A stretch of DNA of 64,000 bases from Marsupella aquatica (lineage: Eukaryota; Plantae; Marchantiophyta): NCBI GenBank assembly GCA_973895155.1, contig OZ316894.1:17142563-17206562 (forward strand). The letters run 5' to 3'. Position 1 is the first letter of the stretch, and each line of letters begins with the position of its first letter. Positions 24,764-37,965 of the stretch are shown here, one piece after another. The position numbers and the translations under genes were made by a program. Below the pieces are notes generated by a model, which was given only the letters and a program-made list of their open reading frames with translations, had not been told where the DNA came from and made no database searches.

Positions 24764-26843
24764 ATGGCTACCTCTGCGAGAAGTAACTGGGCCGGAGCAA
24801 GCACCTCTGGGGTTAGATCTTCTGAACATTTCACAGGACAGGATGTTCGGGCTGTGCGCGAGTCTCCGGCAAAGGCCCTGATCGAGCCTTCTATCGAGGC
24901 GTCTGAGCAAGTGAACTTTGCAACTAACATGCAGAGTTGGTTTGGATTACGACCCTCTAGAGATAATGTAGATGGATTCTCCCGCTGGGACGAGGTTACG
25001 CATCGGGAAAAGCTGGAGATGGATGCCTAAATGGAGAATAGGGATCCGACTCCCTTTAAGGAGCATTACAACAATGATATTGGTGAGCGCACGGAGGCCG
25101 ACACACTGATTATGGACCGCCCTGATGGTGGTGCTTCCGCCCTGCCGGTTGAAAGGACTCCGGCGGGAAGCGTATCCCTTCTAAATCAGAGCAGAAGATT
25201 GCGGATGCTAACTGTTTGGCCAAAGTTGAGGCCTGTATCCCGCTTCTTCGTCGTATTGCTGATCTTTCAGTCCAAGATTGGCCTTCTAAGCTGCACACGA
25301 CCATTGAATGGTCTCTTGAGGAGGCTGCGGATACTATCATTGAGCTCTTCAATTGCACAATGATGTGCTACTTCACTGACAAGACTCCCATGCTGCCTAC
25401 CTTTAAGTTTTGGGTTAACAAAACCTTTGTGGAAGAAATGCATTGGCCGGTTACTCAGGTGAAATTTGTGGGTAAGAATTTCTATCTGGTAAGCTTTAGA
25501 AACCCTGAACATCGGGATTTTGCCTTAGCTGGTGCTCCCTGGTTTCTTGAGCAGAAATTTGTCTTCACTTTCTCATGGGACCCCTCGTTTGATATTCGCA
25601 GTGAATCTTACACGTTGCTCCCGGTCTGGATTGAAATATTCTTTCGTGCATTGGTTCTGGAACCCTGCAGGAGGAAGCTGGCTGCTTCTCTTGGTGACAT
25701 TCTTCACTACATTCAAGGTGACGAATTCAGTTCCTACCCCCATGACAGAGCTTGCGTGTTGTGGGACACACAACGGGAGGTACCTCGAGTGTTGAAGTAC
25801 TGATTAAAGTAGGACTTTCCATTTGGCAACCAGTGATTTTCAAGAATATCCCCTTTCACTGCTTCCACTGTGGTAAGAAAGGACATCTGGCCCATGGATG
25901 TCAAGAATTTGATGAGATCACAAACACAGCTGAAATCCTCTTGGTTGATGTTGCCCCTGCTCCTTCTGCTACTGAAAATGCCCCTGGGCATGCGGCCCCT
26001 GAATTGGTTCAGCCCTCGACTGCCCTCACACCACTTTGTACTACCTTGCCTGCTCCAACACCTATTATGGTTAACTTGCCTGTCTCAAATACTCTTACTA
26101 CTACATACTCTGTGTCGTCCACTAGTGCTCCACCTGAAGAACTACTGTCTGGATGCTCTCTGATTCCGACCAGTGCTAAAATAGTGGTGATGGCGAGAGA
26201 GTTTGGTGATTCTATTTTCAGCGTGGACAAGCAGGATGCCGCTGAACTTGTGATTGCAAACAATGAACTTATCCCTGTGGTGATTCAAGAATTGCAAACT
26301 GTCTCTCCACCCTTGGTCCCTCTAAATTCAGATTCTATCTCCCTTGACATCCATGTCCCTGCTAAACCAATTGAGCAACAACCTGAGATTTTGTTGCTGA
26401 CCACTGGAGCAAGCGAATTCGAGGAGATGGCTGAGGCTGATGAAGAAAGATCAGCTTCCGATCTACCATCGGATATGGAATTGTCCGAATACAAAGGCAT
26501 AATCTCCCGCACTGTAGTGAAGAAGGATCGTGCTCGGAAATTGGCTAAGCGTTCCCCCATGGAAGATAAAAAAAGAAAAATTAAAAAAGAAAGCAAGAAA
26601 GCAAGAAACCAGCAATCCTTACATTTTTCTTCTGGTGATAAATTGCAGGACGCTGATGGTTGGACGACGCCTGAGAGGCGGCATTCGTGTGACCCCAAGA
26701 AGAGAACCGGAAACTCACCTGTGGAGCACAATAATCAACTTTCTACCTCGGCTTTTCAATCTCCTTTGCGGACGGAAAGTCCGTTGATGGGCCCTGTTGC
26801 TGCAGCTCTGGTGGCTACTGGCTCCCTCCTTCCCATCGAATGA
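24764..26843 (+). pseudogene. LINE ORF1 (DUF4283/RRM-like region plus zinc knuckle), broken by a stop and frameshifts
   Basis: GKNFYLVSF..RDFALAGAPWF..FSWDPSF..LPVWIEI; IFKNIPFHCFHCGKKGHLAHGC; low-complexity tail. Confidence 0.85.
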
Positions 26844-26912
26844 GGGGGCCCACACTGTGTAGTGTTCCTCTGGACTGCTAAGTGGCATGGATTGGTGCTA
26901 GCAACTTAATTA

Positions 26913-29900
26913 ATGGGGACACTACACTTGGCCTCTTGGAACGTGTGTGGCCTTTGCAATCCTGACCGTAAGAAAGCGGTGTTCCAATGGATGTCTTCTC
27001 TCCATCCCTCTTTAGATTTACTAGCTCTACAAGAGATCAAAGCGGATGGATTTTGGTTGGACTGTGCTCTGTGCACTCGAGTGTGCACTATTTTGCCTTC
27101 ATTTCAATATTTTTACTCGCCTCCTGATGATGGAAGGGGTGGTTCCGCTATTCTAGTGAATCCTGTCCTTAAAGTGACTGTGTCGGGTTTTCTAGATAAG
27201 GGCAGAGCGATCTGGGTGCAGATTGAGCATTGCAATGTAAGCTTTGGCCTCCTCTGCTTGTATGCCCCTAACACCCTAGGTGAAAGACTAATTCTCTGGG
27301 ATGATCTGCTGAACCTGCTACTGCAATTAAGGGAGATGGATCTTCTGCGGGGACTTCAACATGACTGAATGCCACAGCGACTTGACTGGGTTGTCACCTC
27401 TAATTGAAGGCAGGGAATTGGAGTTTTGGCACTTTCTGAAAACTCGTTTTGATCTCCAAGATCACCATCTTGGGTCAGGTTTCTGGCGCCCATTTTACTT
27501 GGAGAAGAATCCGGAACGGTCGGATGATCCAATCGAGGCTGGATTGCTTCTATCTTAGCGAAAAGGGACAATGGATGGAGGAGATCACTGCACTAAAACA
27601 TGATGGCACATCTGCCCTTTCTGATCATGACCCGGTGTTGATCTCCTTTCGCTTGAATTCAGGTCTTTCTTCTCTATCCGTTCTAAAGCGGGCTACTTAT
27701 TTTAAAGTCAACCTTGCTGTATTGCTGAAATCGGAGAATCTGGAACGATTGGCTGCTGCCTGGAAAGGCCCTCCTGAGGCATTTCTTACAGATCCTCATA
27801 GGAGATTTTCTGCAGCCTATCAGAGGTTTCGGCACTGTTACATGGAAACTCAAGCACTGCCTAGCCCTCGAGAAGAAGAGTTGGCCTTTATGAAAGATAA
27901 ACTACGTCTTTTAAAAACTGCTATCTTAGATGACGATTCTTTGGAATGTATCCAGGATTTTTCCTTCACCGACAATTGTGTTAGGGTGCTTGAACTTGAA
28001 GAGGCTCAACATAATCGAAGGCTGTCTTGAATTAAGTGGCTGGGACAGGGTGACAAGCCATCCAAGTTTTACTTCTCTATTGTAAAGGCTAAACGCTTGA
28101 GAGAAAGAATGGAATACTTGCTAACGGAGGATAGCATTGAGATCCGGGAGGAAGATCTTATTCTTGCTGAAGTGCAACGTTTCTGCGAGGAATTGTATGC
28201 TCCAATGGAACGGAATGCTGCTGCGTATCATAGAATGAGGGAGGCTCACAGGAGACTCTGTGCAAACACACACTTTTCCCCTTCTGCGGCTGAAAATCGG
28301 GCGTTGGATGCGCTTCCTTCCATGCGGGAACTTCATGACACTTTGTTGTTGCTGCCTTGTGATAAAGCTCCTGGGCTTGATGGAATGACTGTAGAGGTTT
28401 TGAGAGCCTGTTGGGATTTCCTGAAAGATGATCTTTACACTATGATGTGTGACTTTTGGCGAACTGGGCTTTCATTGTTCCTTTGGTCTTAAGGATGGGG
28501 TGATTCGCTTTATCCCTAAGAAGACGGACAAGCGCCGATTGAGAGACTGGAGACCACTTACCATGCTGACTATTACCTATAAATTAATTGCCAAGTTACT
28601 GGCTTGTAGGTTAAGAAATTGCTACCCCGAATGATCAGCCCTTAGCAGACTGGATTTATCCCTGGTCGACACATTCTAGAGAACATTTCGATTGCATGGC
28701 TGATGAATGATTGGCTTCATTTCACTGGTACTCCAGCACTATTCTTGATGCTGGACTTTGAGAAGGCTTTCGATCAGGTGGACCATTCCTACATCTGGGA
28801 AACGATGCATCTCCTTGGGTTGAGCTCTCACTTCATTTTTCTAGTTCGAGCACTTATCAGCGGTGCCTGTTCAAAAGTTCTGATCAACGGCCTTTGGACT
28901 GGGGACATTAACATGTCTCGTGGTGTTCGATAGGGTTGCCCTTTGTCCCATTTGCTTTTTGCCCTATCAACACAGCCTCTGATGGACTTCTGCCAGGCTG
29001 AAATTGCTGTTGGCAGATTACAAGGAATCCAACTCTCTGCTCTACTGAGTGTCTATATCCGATTCTTTGCAGATGATCTTGGATTATTTATCCCTGCTAC
29101 CGAAGAGGCTTTCCATCAGGCTAGAAATGATCTCAATTGCTACGAAGAAGCTATTGGTGCCAAGTTGAATCTGGAAAAATCTACTGTGATCCCTATTGCC
29201 CTGGAGGTTATCCTTGCCTGGCTTCAAGGCATTGGTTGTAAAATTGGTGCCCCTGGAGTGGTGCAACGCTACTTAGGAGCTCCTTTTGGCACTGACCTTT
29301 CTGAGGCTCAATTACATTGCTTCTGTCTTGATCGTATTGGTTCTCGCCTGGCTTCTTGGTCGACTCGTTTCTTTCCTTTGCAGGCCGTGTTCTGTTAGTT
29401 AAACATGTGCTTCAGGCTATTCCAGTGTACCACATGATGTTTCTAAGATCACCTCTCATTCTGACCAGAAAATTGATAGTATTGAATCGGGTTTTTTGTG
29501 GGGTTCTAATCCGCTTGGTGGGAAGAGGATTCCTTTGGTGGCCTGGGAGAAGATTGCCAGGCTTAAGTCGGACGGGGACTTGGTATCAAGGACTTTCAAA
29601 GTCACTATGATGCTCTACTGAGCAAGTGGTTTACTGGTGCTCTTGACTGTCCTGAATCGGAGTGGGCTAGGATCTTTGTAGAGAATCTCAGGCTCGATCA
29701 CCAGATGGCTCAACTATAAGACGGTGCGACGCTATGCTTACTCAATGACAGACAAACTGTTACTATGTCCTTGGACCTTTGGCAATCTCACTTACACTGG
29801 ACAACTCTGGAAAACTTGGGGGACGGTACAGGATAATTTGATCTTCTGCCCGGGCGGGAGTGGAGAAGGTGGAGTGTGGCTGACACTCTCGGGGACACTC

Positions 29901-30874
29901 TCCGTTGCATGCAGGGATTCTCTGACTTATCTGACCATCTGCTAGCTGAGACAATCAAGACTTTTGGTTGCTTGGGGATCCGTCAAATCTGTGATTTCTG
30001 GTCGGTGGCCGAGGTGGGGTGGATCCCTCTGACCAACAGGATTGAACGCCTGAGGAACCTGTCGGTGGAAGGACGTATTGCCTGCCTTTCATTCATTGAT
30101 GCCATCAGGAGCACTGTCTATAGTGGCTGCACTATTGAGACCCGGGCTACACAATGGAGATGGACCGACCAGAACCTGAAGCTGAGGCACTTCAGACTTC
30201 CTAACCTTTGTGCATATGAAATGATTCGGCCTAGGGGACGGATTTTGACAGGTTGAACCGAATCTAGGGTAAGACTTACTCTGAATCAGAATGGAGTGAC
30301 TTATGGAAAACGTTTTGGTCATCTGACCTTTCAACTCGTGCAAAAATCTTTCTCTGGCGTATCCTTGCTCCAGGGCTCTTCTCTGGCTCTAGAGCCCTGA
30401 GAATTGGGAAATCTTCTGGCTGCTGTTCTCTCTGCCATGGAATCTTGGAAACCATTCCTCATATATTTGCGATTTGTAGGCATGCGGCCAGATGCTGGCC
30501 CCTTGTACATAGATGGATGAACGGTCTCCTTTGCGAGCAGGAGCTGGACCTGGTGGCCAGGATTGTTATTGTCTACTAGGAGAAGAACTCCTCTATTTAC
30601 ACTTCGCTTTTTTGTGCTCTATCAAGTGTTGTGGAATCTCTGGCTGGCAAGAAATATTCAGACATTTGATTTGACACGGAAGAGAAGCTTTAACCAAGTT
30701 CTGGTTATCTCTGAGACGCTTGACCATCTCACTGCGGTTGCTGTTGCTACTGGCCCTTCACGGAGGCTACTTCGTCTTTCTGGTGCTAAAGAACTCCTGG
30801 TACATGAACGTCATAGGATTATGAGGATTAGAATTGTAGGTGTTGAGTCACGTAGTGATGAGGTATTGGTTTAG
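26913..30874 (+). pseudogene. LINE ORF2 (APE endonuclease, reverse transcriptase, C-terminal zinc region), multiple stops and frameshifts
   Basis: SWNVCGL, LQEIK, SRLDCFY, SDHDPV; KAPGLDG, WRPLTML, LDFEKAFDQVDH, GVR*GCPLS, FADDL, RYLGAP; WNLWLARN. Confidence 0.92.
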
Positions 30875-31908
30875 TTGGGAGTGATCCATGCTGGACTTCT
30901 CTCTCACTGGTGCTGCAGACCAGTATGTATGTATTGGGTCCTGTGTGCTCTCCTGTTATGTCTCGGGTGAGGCACTTGTTTTTGCTACGCTCCTGTTTGC
31001 CTTGGACTTGTGGCATTTGGTGGGGTCTAGATTCTTCCTTGTTCCTGCTGACCTCTCTTTGTTTTTACGCCCTTTGTGGCTCTTTTGCCTTTTGGCCTGC
31101 AGGATCCCCCCATCCGTGGGGTTCACGCGGAATAAACGAATATTTTAAAAAAAAAAAAAATTCACACAACACGCTCAAGGTCAAGCAATTCCTTAGTTAT
31201 GTGTTACCTGTAGCTATACCATTAAAAGTAGCTTTTCCTGAAATTGTAGAGCAATCTGGCAAGGTATAGGAGAAAAGTGAGGCTAATATGAAAAAAGGGG
31301 GAGGTCTTGGACATTTGGCTTATATATGACCAATTGTGGTTTAAAGTACATCCATGTCCCACTTGGAGACTTAGTTAGCACAATTGATGGGGACCACTAG
31401 CTCATTGTGCACTATTGCACTAGCTGTGGTCCTTGGCTTGGACCACATAGCCCATTACAATATTGGGGTTTGCATTTGTCTTGTGCTTTTGAGTTCAATA
31501 TTTATTTAGTTTGGACATCTTTTGCTTTTACTCTCTTGTACTTTGTTTGGCACGTTTTACTACATTTGTACTTGTCCCCTTATTGGGTCTCCCGCCTTTG
31601 GGATTTTGTCCCCCCTTTTGGCACTTTTTGTTCTTTAGCAGACAGTGCAAAATATCTGTTGGGTTCCCCAAGCTGGAGTGATGCCTTTCTAGTACATGCA
31701 AATAAAAGGCAACACCATATGGCATACTCTCTCACGTGGCATAGGGCATATTAAGTTGGATCTATTTTTGATAGCACAATAAAATCTGGTTATATCAATG
31801 AGTATCGTTCCTTCATTCTTTATTGTAATTATTATATAGATGCAAGCTGGATGATTTTTCTTGGAATGTAACACAATAAAATGACCCCATGTTAGATCTA
31901 CACCCCAG

Positions 31909-32815
31909 AATGCTCCCCCATATTCCTGGGGTCCCGTGCAGTGCAAGTCCCACTCCCCAATGTTGCTACCCATTTCAACCCAAGTTTGTCATAACATAGG
32001 TCAAGAGTCTACCATTTATTCACTTGCTCTGACCCGTCAACTTTGTGCAATCAGCTTTGGGTTTACGATTTGGTACCCTTCAATTGTTGTCACCCACTCC
32101 AGCCCAAGTCCCCCATGTTGTTGCCCATTGTGGCCCAAGTTTGCCAAAACATAAACCAATATTCTATCATTAATCCTGACTTTTATCCAAAGTGCTAGGC
32201 TTTGCCTAACTATTTAGACTCTACTACTAAACCAAAATGGCTCCACCGGAAAGAAGTGTTGCGAGAAACATAAACCACAACTCCATAGAGAAGAAGTATT
32301 TGGCAGAACATCAACCAATACTCTATCAATCATGATTCTTATATAACCAAAGTACTAAGCTCTGCCTGAACACTTAGACTCTGTTATGAAGCAAGCATGA
32401 CTTCATTGGAAAGAAGTGTCAGTTGCCAGAACATACACCACTTACTTCATAGAGAAGAAGCATTGGTAGAACATCAATCAAGGCTCTTAACCAAAGTACT
32501 AGGCTCCCTCTCAACACTAAAGTAAGACTCTTGTATGAAGCAAACATGACTCCGTTGACTGTTGCCAGAACATAAACCACGACTCCACTTGGAAAAAGTG
32601 AATGGTACAAAGTAGATCGGGCCGGAGTGGGCAACAAAAAGTGAAGGATGTCAAAACATAAACCCAAAGTTAATTGCACAAAGTTGACTGGGCCAAAGCT
32701 GGGAACAAAATGGTAGAGTATTAGTTCATGTTCTGGAAAAATCGGGCCAAAGTGGGCAGCAACATCGGGGACTGAGATGGGAAGTGTACGGGGCCCAGGA
32801 ATATGGGGGAGCATT
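31909..32815. mobile_element. Non-autonomous TIR element (~900 bp, ~200-bp imperfect TIRs, internal tandem repeats)
   Basis: Outer 22 bp are a perfect inverted repeat (aatgctcccccatattcctggg / cccaggaatatgggggagcatt). Inverted similarity continues to ~32105 / ~32618. Internal units contain ccaaagtactaggct..cttagactct and catagagaagaag. Confidence 0.8.
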
Positions 32816-33914
32816 AACACACGGTAGTAAAATTGTTTAAGGCAATATGTATTACTCTACGTGGTTTGGTTTAAACAGAACAGTCAAGAGTTAAGCATAA
32901 TTATACGTTTGGGGTAAGAAAGAGAGTAAGTGGGTCTATTTATGTGGAATGTACAAATGCTAGTAAAAGCTTTTTGTATATTCAAAGTAACTAATCTGCA
33001 GGATATATTTGTAGATACACAAAGTTGTTCTTATGCATTCTTCCGGTCACCATAAGTCTTTAATCGCCATCAGACATTGAGGATAGTCATGTTCAAGAAC
33101 TGGCAATGAGCGGGATGAAAATTGAAAGGACCATTAGCTGATACTCGTGAGTAAACACAAGTTACACCAGCCCGAGCTTAATAGGATAGATAGTCAGGGT
33201 CAAAGGAAGAAATTAAGGCAAACTACATGGGTTATGAGGAAAAATACTGCACAAAGAAGCACATTCATTGCAGTAGTGACTAATTAGTTGGAAAGACAAT
33301 GGAATGTGCAGTAAGGCATCTAGATCATAGTGTCCCCCCCCCCCCCACCCTACACAAATTGACCCAGAATGTGTGTGGGATGGGCCAAGTGCCATACAAA
33401 TATGATGTGGATGACATTATTTACAGTCTAGCACCAATGGAGTGATGTTTGGAGCCTTCAAAAGAGAGACGGCCAGCCACAGTTGTTTGTTGAAGATGAT
33501 TGTGGATAAATGCTTCTTTCCATCCAGAAAATATTCATTGGCTTCAATCTCAATGCTTTAAACTCTGCCAGTCATCCTGACTCCTGATCAAGTGGTGGAC
33601 ATCTCTTGCACGCCACAAATTGGATTCTTTATGGCTCTTTTTAATTTGTGGTTTGCGTTTGTTCAATTTGAATTAGGGGAAATATCAAAATGTTGCAATG
33701 CTGAACTTATGGTGTTCATGCCATTCTTCCCTTTACTGAGATTTGCCAAACTTTTTGTCAACATATATCCTTTGGTACTCTTTTTGGTTTAACTAATACT
33801 TTGCCATCATTCAACAAGGGTTATGAAAACTAACACAGGTTAGCCAAAACAGTCCACATGTGATCAAATAATGTACATCTGATAGCTGAAACCTTTGTGT
33901 ACGGGTGGTGCCTT

Positions 33915-34127
33915 GATTGCCTGTTGTGTGGCTTAGTTTCTTTGGTTTTGTCCCCGCCTTGGCCCTTCTTTTAGGAGGTGTCCCTGTGGTCTGTTGGGGT
34001 GGTTTTTGGTGCCGAGTTGCCGTTTGGTGCATGTCTGGCCCTTGGTTTGGTTTGTTTTGTGCCTCGCTGGTCTTAGCCGCTGTGGCTTCACTAATAAAGG
34101 TGTATTTTTTTCTTTAAAACAAAAAAT
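33915..34127 (+). repeat. Probable 5'-truncated LINE/SINE-like 3' tail
   Basis: GT-rich tract ending in AATAAA and an A-rich tail, similar in composition to the LINE 3' UTR at 30880-31160. Confidence 0.4.
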
Positions 34128-34186
34128 AGCTGAAACTGTATTTGACCTAACTTTTCTACACCACGGGAGTGCTAACCTATATCTTC

Positions 34187-34240
34187 AGGGTGGGTATCTT
34201 CCTACCCAAATTAAGGGAAGATAAGGAAGATACCCACCCT
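34187..34240. repeat. Perfect 17-bp inverted repeat (hairpin, 20-nt loop)
   Basis: agggtgggtatcttcct ... aggaagatacccaccct. Confidence 0.85.
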
Positions 34241-36774
34241 CAAGTGAGGATAAGGAAAAGGGAGCCCCCTTAAGGTGGAGGGCAGTAGGAGGACAGACCA
34301 ATCAGGTCACTGGGGGAGTTTCAACTGCCTGAATGATGCAAAAGCGGGGCAAGATAACCACTGTCCAATCATTTTTGAGTTACTTCTTTTATTCCTTCAA
34401 TATTTTGACATGATTGGGTTATTTCAAAGTGGAAATTCCCAAGCCGAGCAAGGGCCCTAGACACCCAATATGGCTGTCTGTTTGGCCATGCACAAGGAAA
34501 TGTCATGGGCAAGAAAAATGACGCCAGGGACATTGCCAGGTGAGACTATGCACCTGCAGGTACAGGTGCATCCGGGCCACACAGTGCAGGTGTGCACAAA
34601 AACATGCACAGGCCGGCCAGGTACACAATCATGCTGGTGGCCAGTGATTTTTAGTTGGTGATTTGTGCCAAAAGCTTAGCTACTCTAGTGATCTGGCTAC
34701 TGGTGAATGATACAGTGAAAAATCAGCGAAAAGGCTAGGCTAAGCAAATCTGCCAAAATCTGCCTGAATGGTACAGAGCACGATCAGGGGAATGCTGGGC
34801 AAAAATTGCCAAAATCTGCCTTAAGCTGCAGTTAGATTAACCAGATCTTTTAGGATCTAACGTACCTTCCTTCATTTTGGTATTATTATAAGTAAATATT
34901 AGGTGCGTTCCACCTAATTTTCCTCATCAACCCTTGAGGCAGTTGCCTGTTTGACTCCCTCACAAACCAAGAACAAAATTCACTATTCCACTACCATAGG
35001 GAAGATCAGATTTGTGCATGCCCCGCCAAAAAGTTAAACATTTTTCTTTCAAATTATGGTGCAACACCAATAATAATATATTTAGATTTCAGTTTGTGTA
35101 CTTGAAAAACGATTTCTAATGTGTTTTACATCAATGTACTTAAAAATTTCCCAAATTTCCCAAAATTTGACAAACATTACCTAAAATTTCTTCTCTGGAA
35201 TTGACATTTTCAATGATTAATTATTTTTTCTCAAGATGATGTAATGGCAATACAAGATGCCTCGGTATGTCACAAAGATCAAAATTTTCTTAGATTTTAA
35301 TGAGTGTAATCAAAACGTCATAAAAAAGCTCCAAATGAACGGGGATTGAAGTAAAACAACCCTCAGTTTCCAACCATTCATGTGTAGTACTTAAAGATCA
35401 TATTATTAACTGATATGAATTAATGAGACAAGATAGTACTGGGAAATTACTCTAGGAAACTATGGAATCCAATTGTATAGGACTTTCTTTGCATTGCAAA
35501 AGTCCTCAAAACTCTCAATGTTAAAGACGACACATTTCTCTGTAGTTTAATTTGCAGATGATTTACCCACCTGAGTGAGTGCAAGACATCTGAACACCAC
35601 AATATGCTCTACTCTTTCTTTATCATGGTTTGTCTGTAAAATGTCATGCTGGCGAGAAGCTAGGATGGCTGTTGGATTATGGTGACATTTTTCCTAATCA
35701 TGAAATGGACCTAATAGTGCCACCGTGGACCCTTTCAATGCCCAACCTGTCACTTTCCCCAAAACTTGCAGACTCTTTTAAATCTAGTTGCCAGACTGAC
35801 TCGGGGACTGACTTGCCAACTCCCCCGTAACATTTGACTGCTTAGCTATCTCCATTATCTTAGCTTTAATAAACTTCTGTTCAACATGACTTACTATTGA
35901 CAATACTATGCAACACACAAAAATTGTACATGAATCATTTATCCTTTAGGGTGCATTTTGCATCCTGTGCATTTGTGTTTGTACACAATGTCTTCCGGCA
36001 CAATGAGAGTCTCACAAGTCTTGTGAAGCATCACCTCTTTATGGCCCGGTCCACATAAAACTAGCAGAACTCCATTGGAGGGTTAATCAGTGTACAGTTT
36101 CAGCATATTTTCAGTGGCAAAGATTTGTTATTTGTCTTCCATTAGTCACTCTTCCACCTAGCCATAAACTCCCTTTGTCAGAATCTGACAGATGCTTAAA
36201 TCTAGGGAGATTTAGCGGTCAAAAACTGAACAAGGATTAGTCATAGCAAGTTTTCCTTCTCGCAAGGTGACACTAGCCACAGGCCTAGATAATTGCACAC
36301 TAAAAAGCAGCATCTGGATCTGGAGAAGGAGTAACAACTGATAAAGAAGATTAATCCAGTTTACCATGGTATGGAAAATATGTTCAACCTGTGGGCACAT
36401 TTCACTTAGCACACTACACCAAATGCTGCCTTGTTTTACGTGCATTTACTATTCAAAGGATTTCCACACTTCCCCAAAAGAAAATCCTTAAAAATTAAGC
36501 TGGCTTGTGTCCCAAACTCCCCATTGTATAATCATCACATTGTTAAAAAACAGAAGGTGTCCATAAGGGGGACACAGGCAAGAGACCCAATAAAAGGGAA
36601 AGCCAAAAAAACAAACAGATGGCAAGAGACCGAATAAAGGGAACACCACAAAGAAAAACTCCAGAAGACCAAAGACCCAAAAGGCTTGAGAGGCCCTCTC
36701 ATATACATTTGTCAAGCCTCTCCTTTTGCATTTTTGTCATTAGGCAATGTGATGTATATGTGATGTAAATGTCG

Positions 36775-37376
36775 GGCCCAAGTCCCCCATGCTGCTGCCT
36801 GCTCTGGCCCAAGTTTGCTAGAACTTAAATCAAGATTCCGTCAGTCATGACTCTTATCCAAAGTACTAGGATTTGCCTGAACACTTAGACTCTATTAGGA
36901 AACAGACATGACCTGGGCATGACTCCATTGGAAAGAAGTGTTGCCAGAACTTAAACCACAATTCCATAGAGAAGAAGCATTTGACAGAACATCAACCAAT
37001 ACTTTATCCATCATGACTCTTAACCAAAGTGCAAGAACATAAACCACAACTCCATAGAGAAGAAACATTTGACTAAACATCAACCAAGACTTTAATATCA
37101 TTCATGACTCTTAACCAAAGTACTAGGCTCTGCCTGAACACTTAGACTCTGTTAGGAAGCAAACATGACCCCGGGACCATGTCTCCACAAGGAAGAAGTC
37201 GATGGCATAAAGTTGATTGGGCCGGAGCGGGCAATAAAAAGTGAAGGGTGCTAGAACATAAACGCAAAGTCGACGGCACAAAGTGGATTTGGCCCGGAGC
37301 GGGTGACAAATGGTAGAGTCTTGGTTTAGTTTTTGTTAAACTCAGGCCGGAGTGCGCAACAGTATCAGGGGACTGT
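36775..37376. mobile_element. Second, left-truncated copy of the 31909-32815 TIR element
   Basis: Collinear with 32101-32773: gcccaagtcccccatg(t/c)tg...ggccggag(t/c)gggcaa..aaaagtgaagg...tggtagagt...ggggactg. Confidence 0.8.
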
Positions 37377-37531
37377 GAGAATTTCCTAGATTGAAGGATG
37401 ACAGGTGTATTCTTGCTAATAGGGAAAGTGACTAGTGGAAGGGAGGACAGGAAATACCAAATGTGGCCAAACACTTAGTAGACAGGTGAAATCTAGCAAC
37501 ATTTTGCCACTAAGGAAAAGGCAGAACACTT

Positions 37532-37965
37532 TTGGGACATAACAGTTGTTGGGACATAACAGTTGTTAGGACCCTAGTTCTGGCAGAATCACAAACCAAC
37601 CTTACACCAACACCAAATTCGGAACAAGTCATTGAAACCCTAGGCTTTTTTATCCTCCATCATTGTGGTGAAATGCGTATGTTCTGCCATAACTGTTTTT
37701 TATCCTCCATCATTCTGGTGAAATGTGCATGTTGTGCCATAACTGTTACGCCAATGTTAACCAAAACCATTATGACAGAAAAGTGCACATTTCTCCATAA
37801 TGATGAAGTATGAGAAAGCCAATGTTAACCAAAACCATTACGACAAAAAAGTGCACATTTCTCCATAACGATGGAGGATGAGAAAGCCAAGGTTTGCAAT
37901 GAAGTGTTCCCGTTTCTCCATAGTGATGGAGGATGAAAAAGCCAAGGTCTGCAATGAAGTGTCCC
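37532..37965. repeat. Modular foldback: short tandem units arranged in inverted orientation
   Basis: 17-bp unit ttgggacataacagttg x2; ~50-bp unit ttttatcctccatcatt.tggtgaaatg x2; their reverse-complement-like units tttctccata..gatggaggatga.aaagcc x3. Confidence 0.75.

Larger units (their letters stand above)
24077..31160 (+). mobile_element. Full-length L1-clade LINE (non-LTR retrotransposon), decayed
   Basis: ORF1 + ORF2 remnants; AATAAA then poly(A) at 31147-31160; candidate TSD aaattcacac at 24067-24076 and 31158-31167. Confidence 0.9.
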
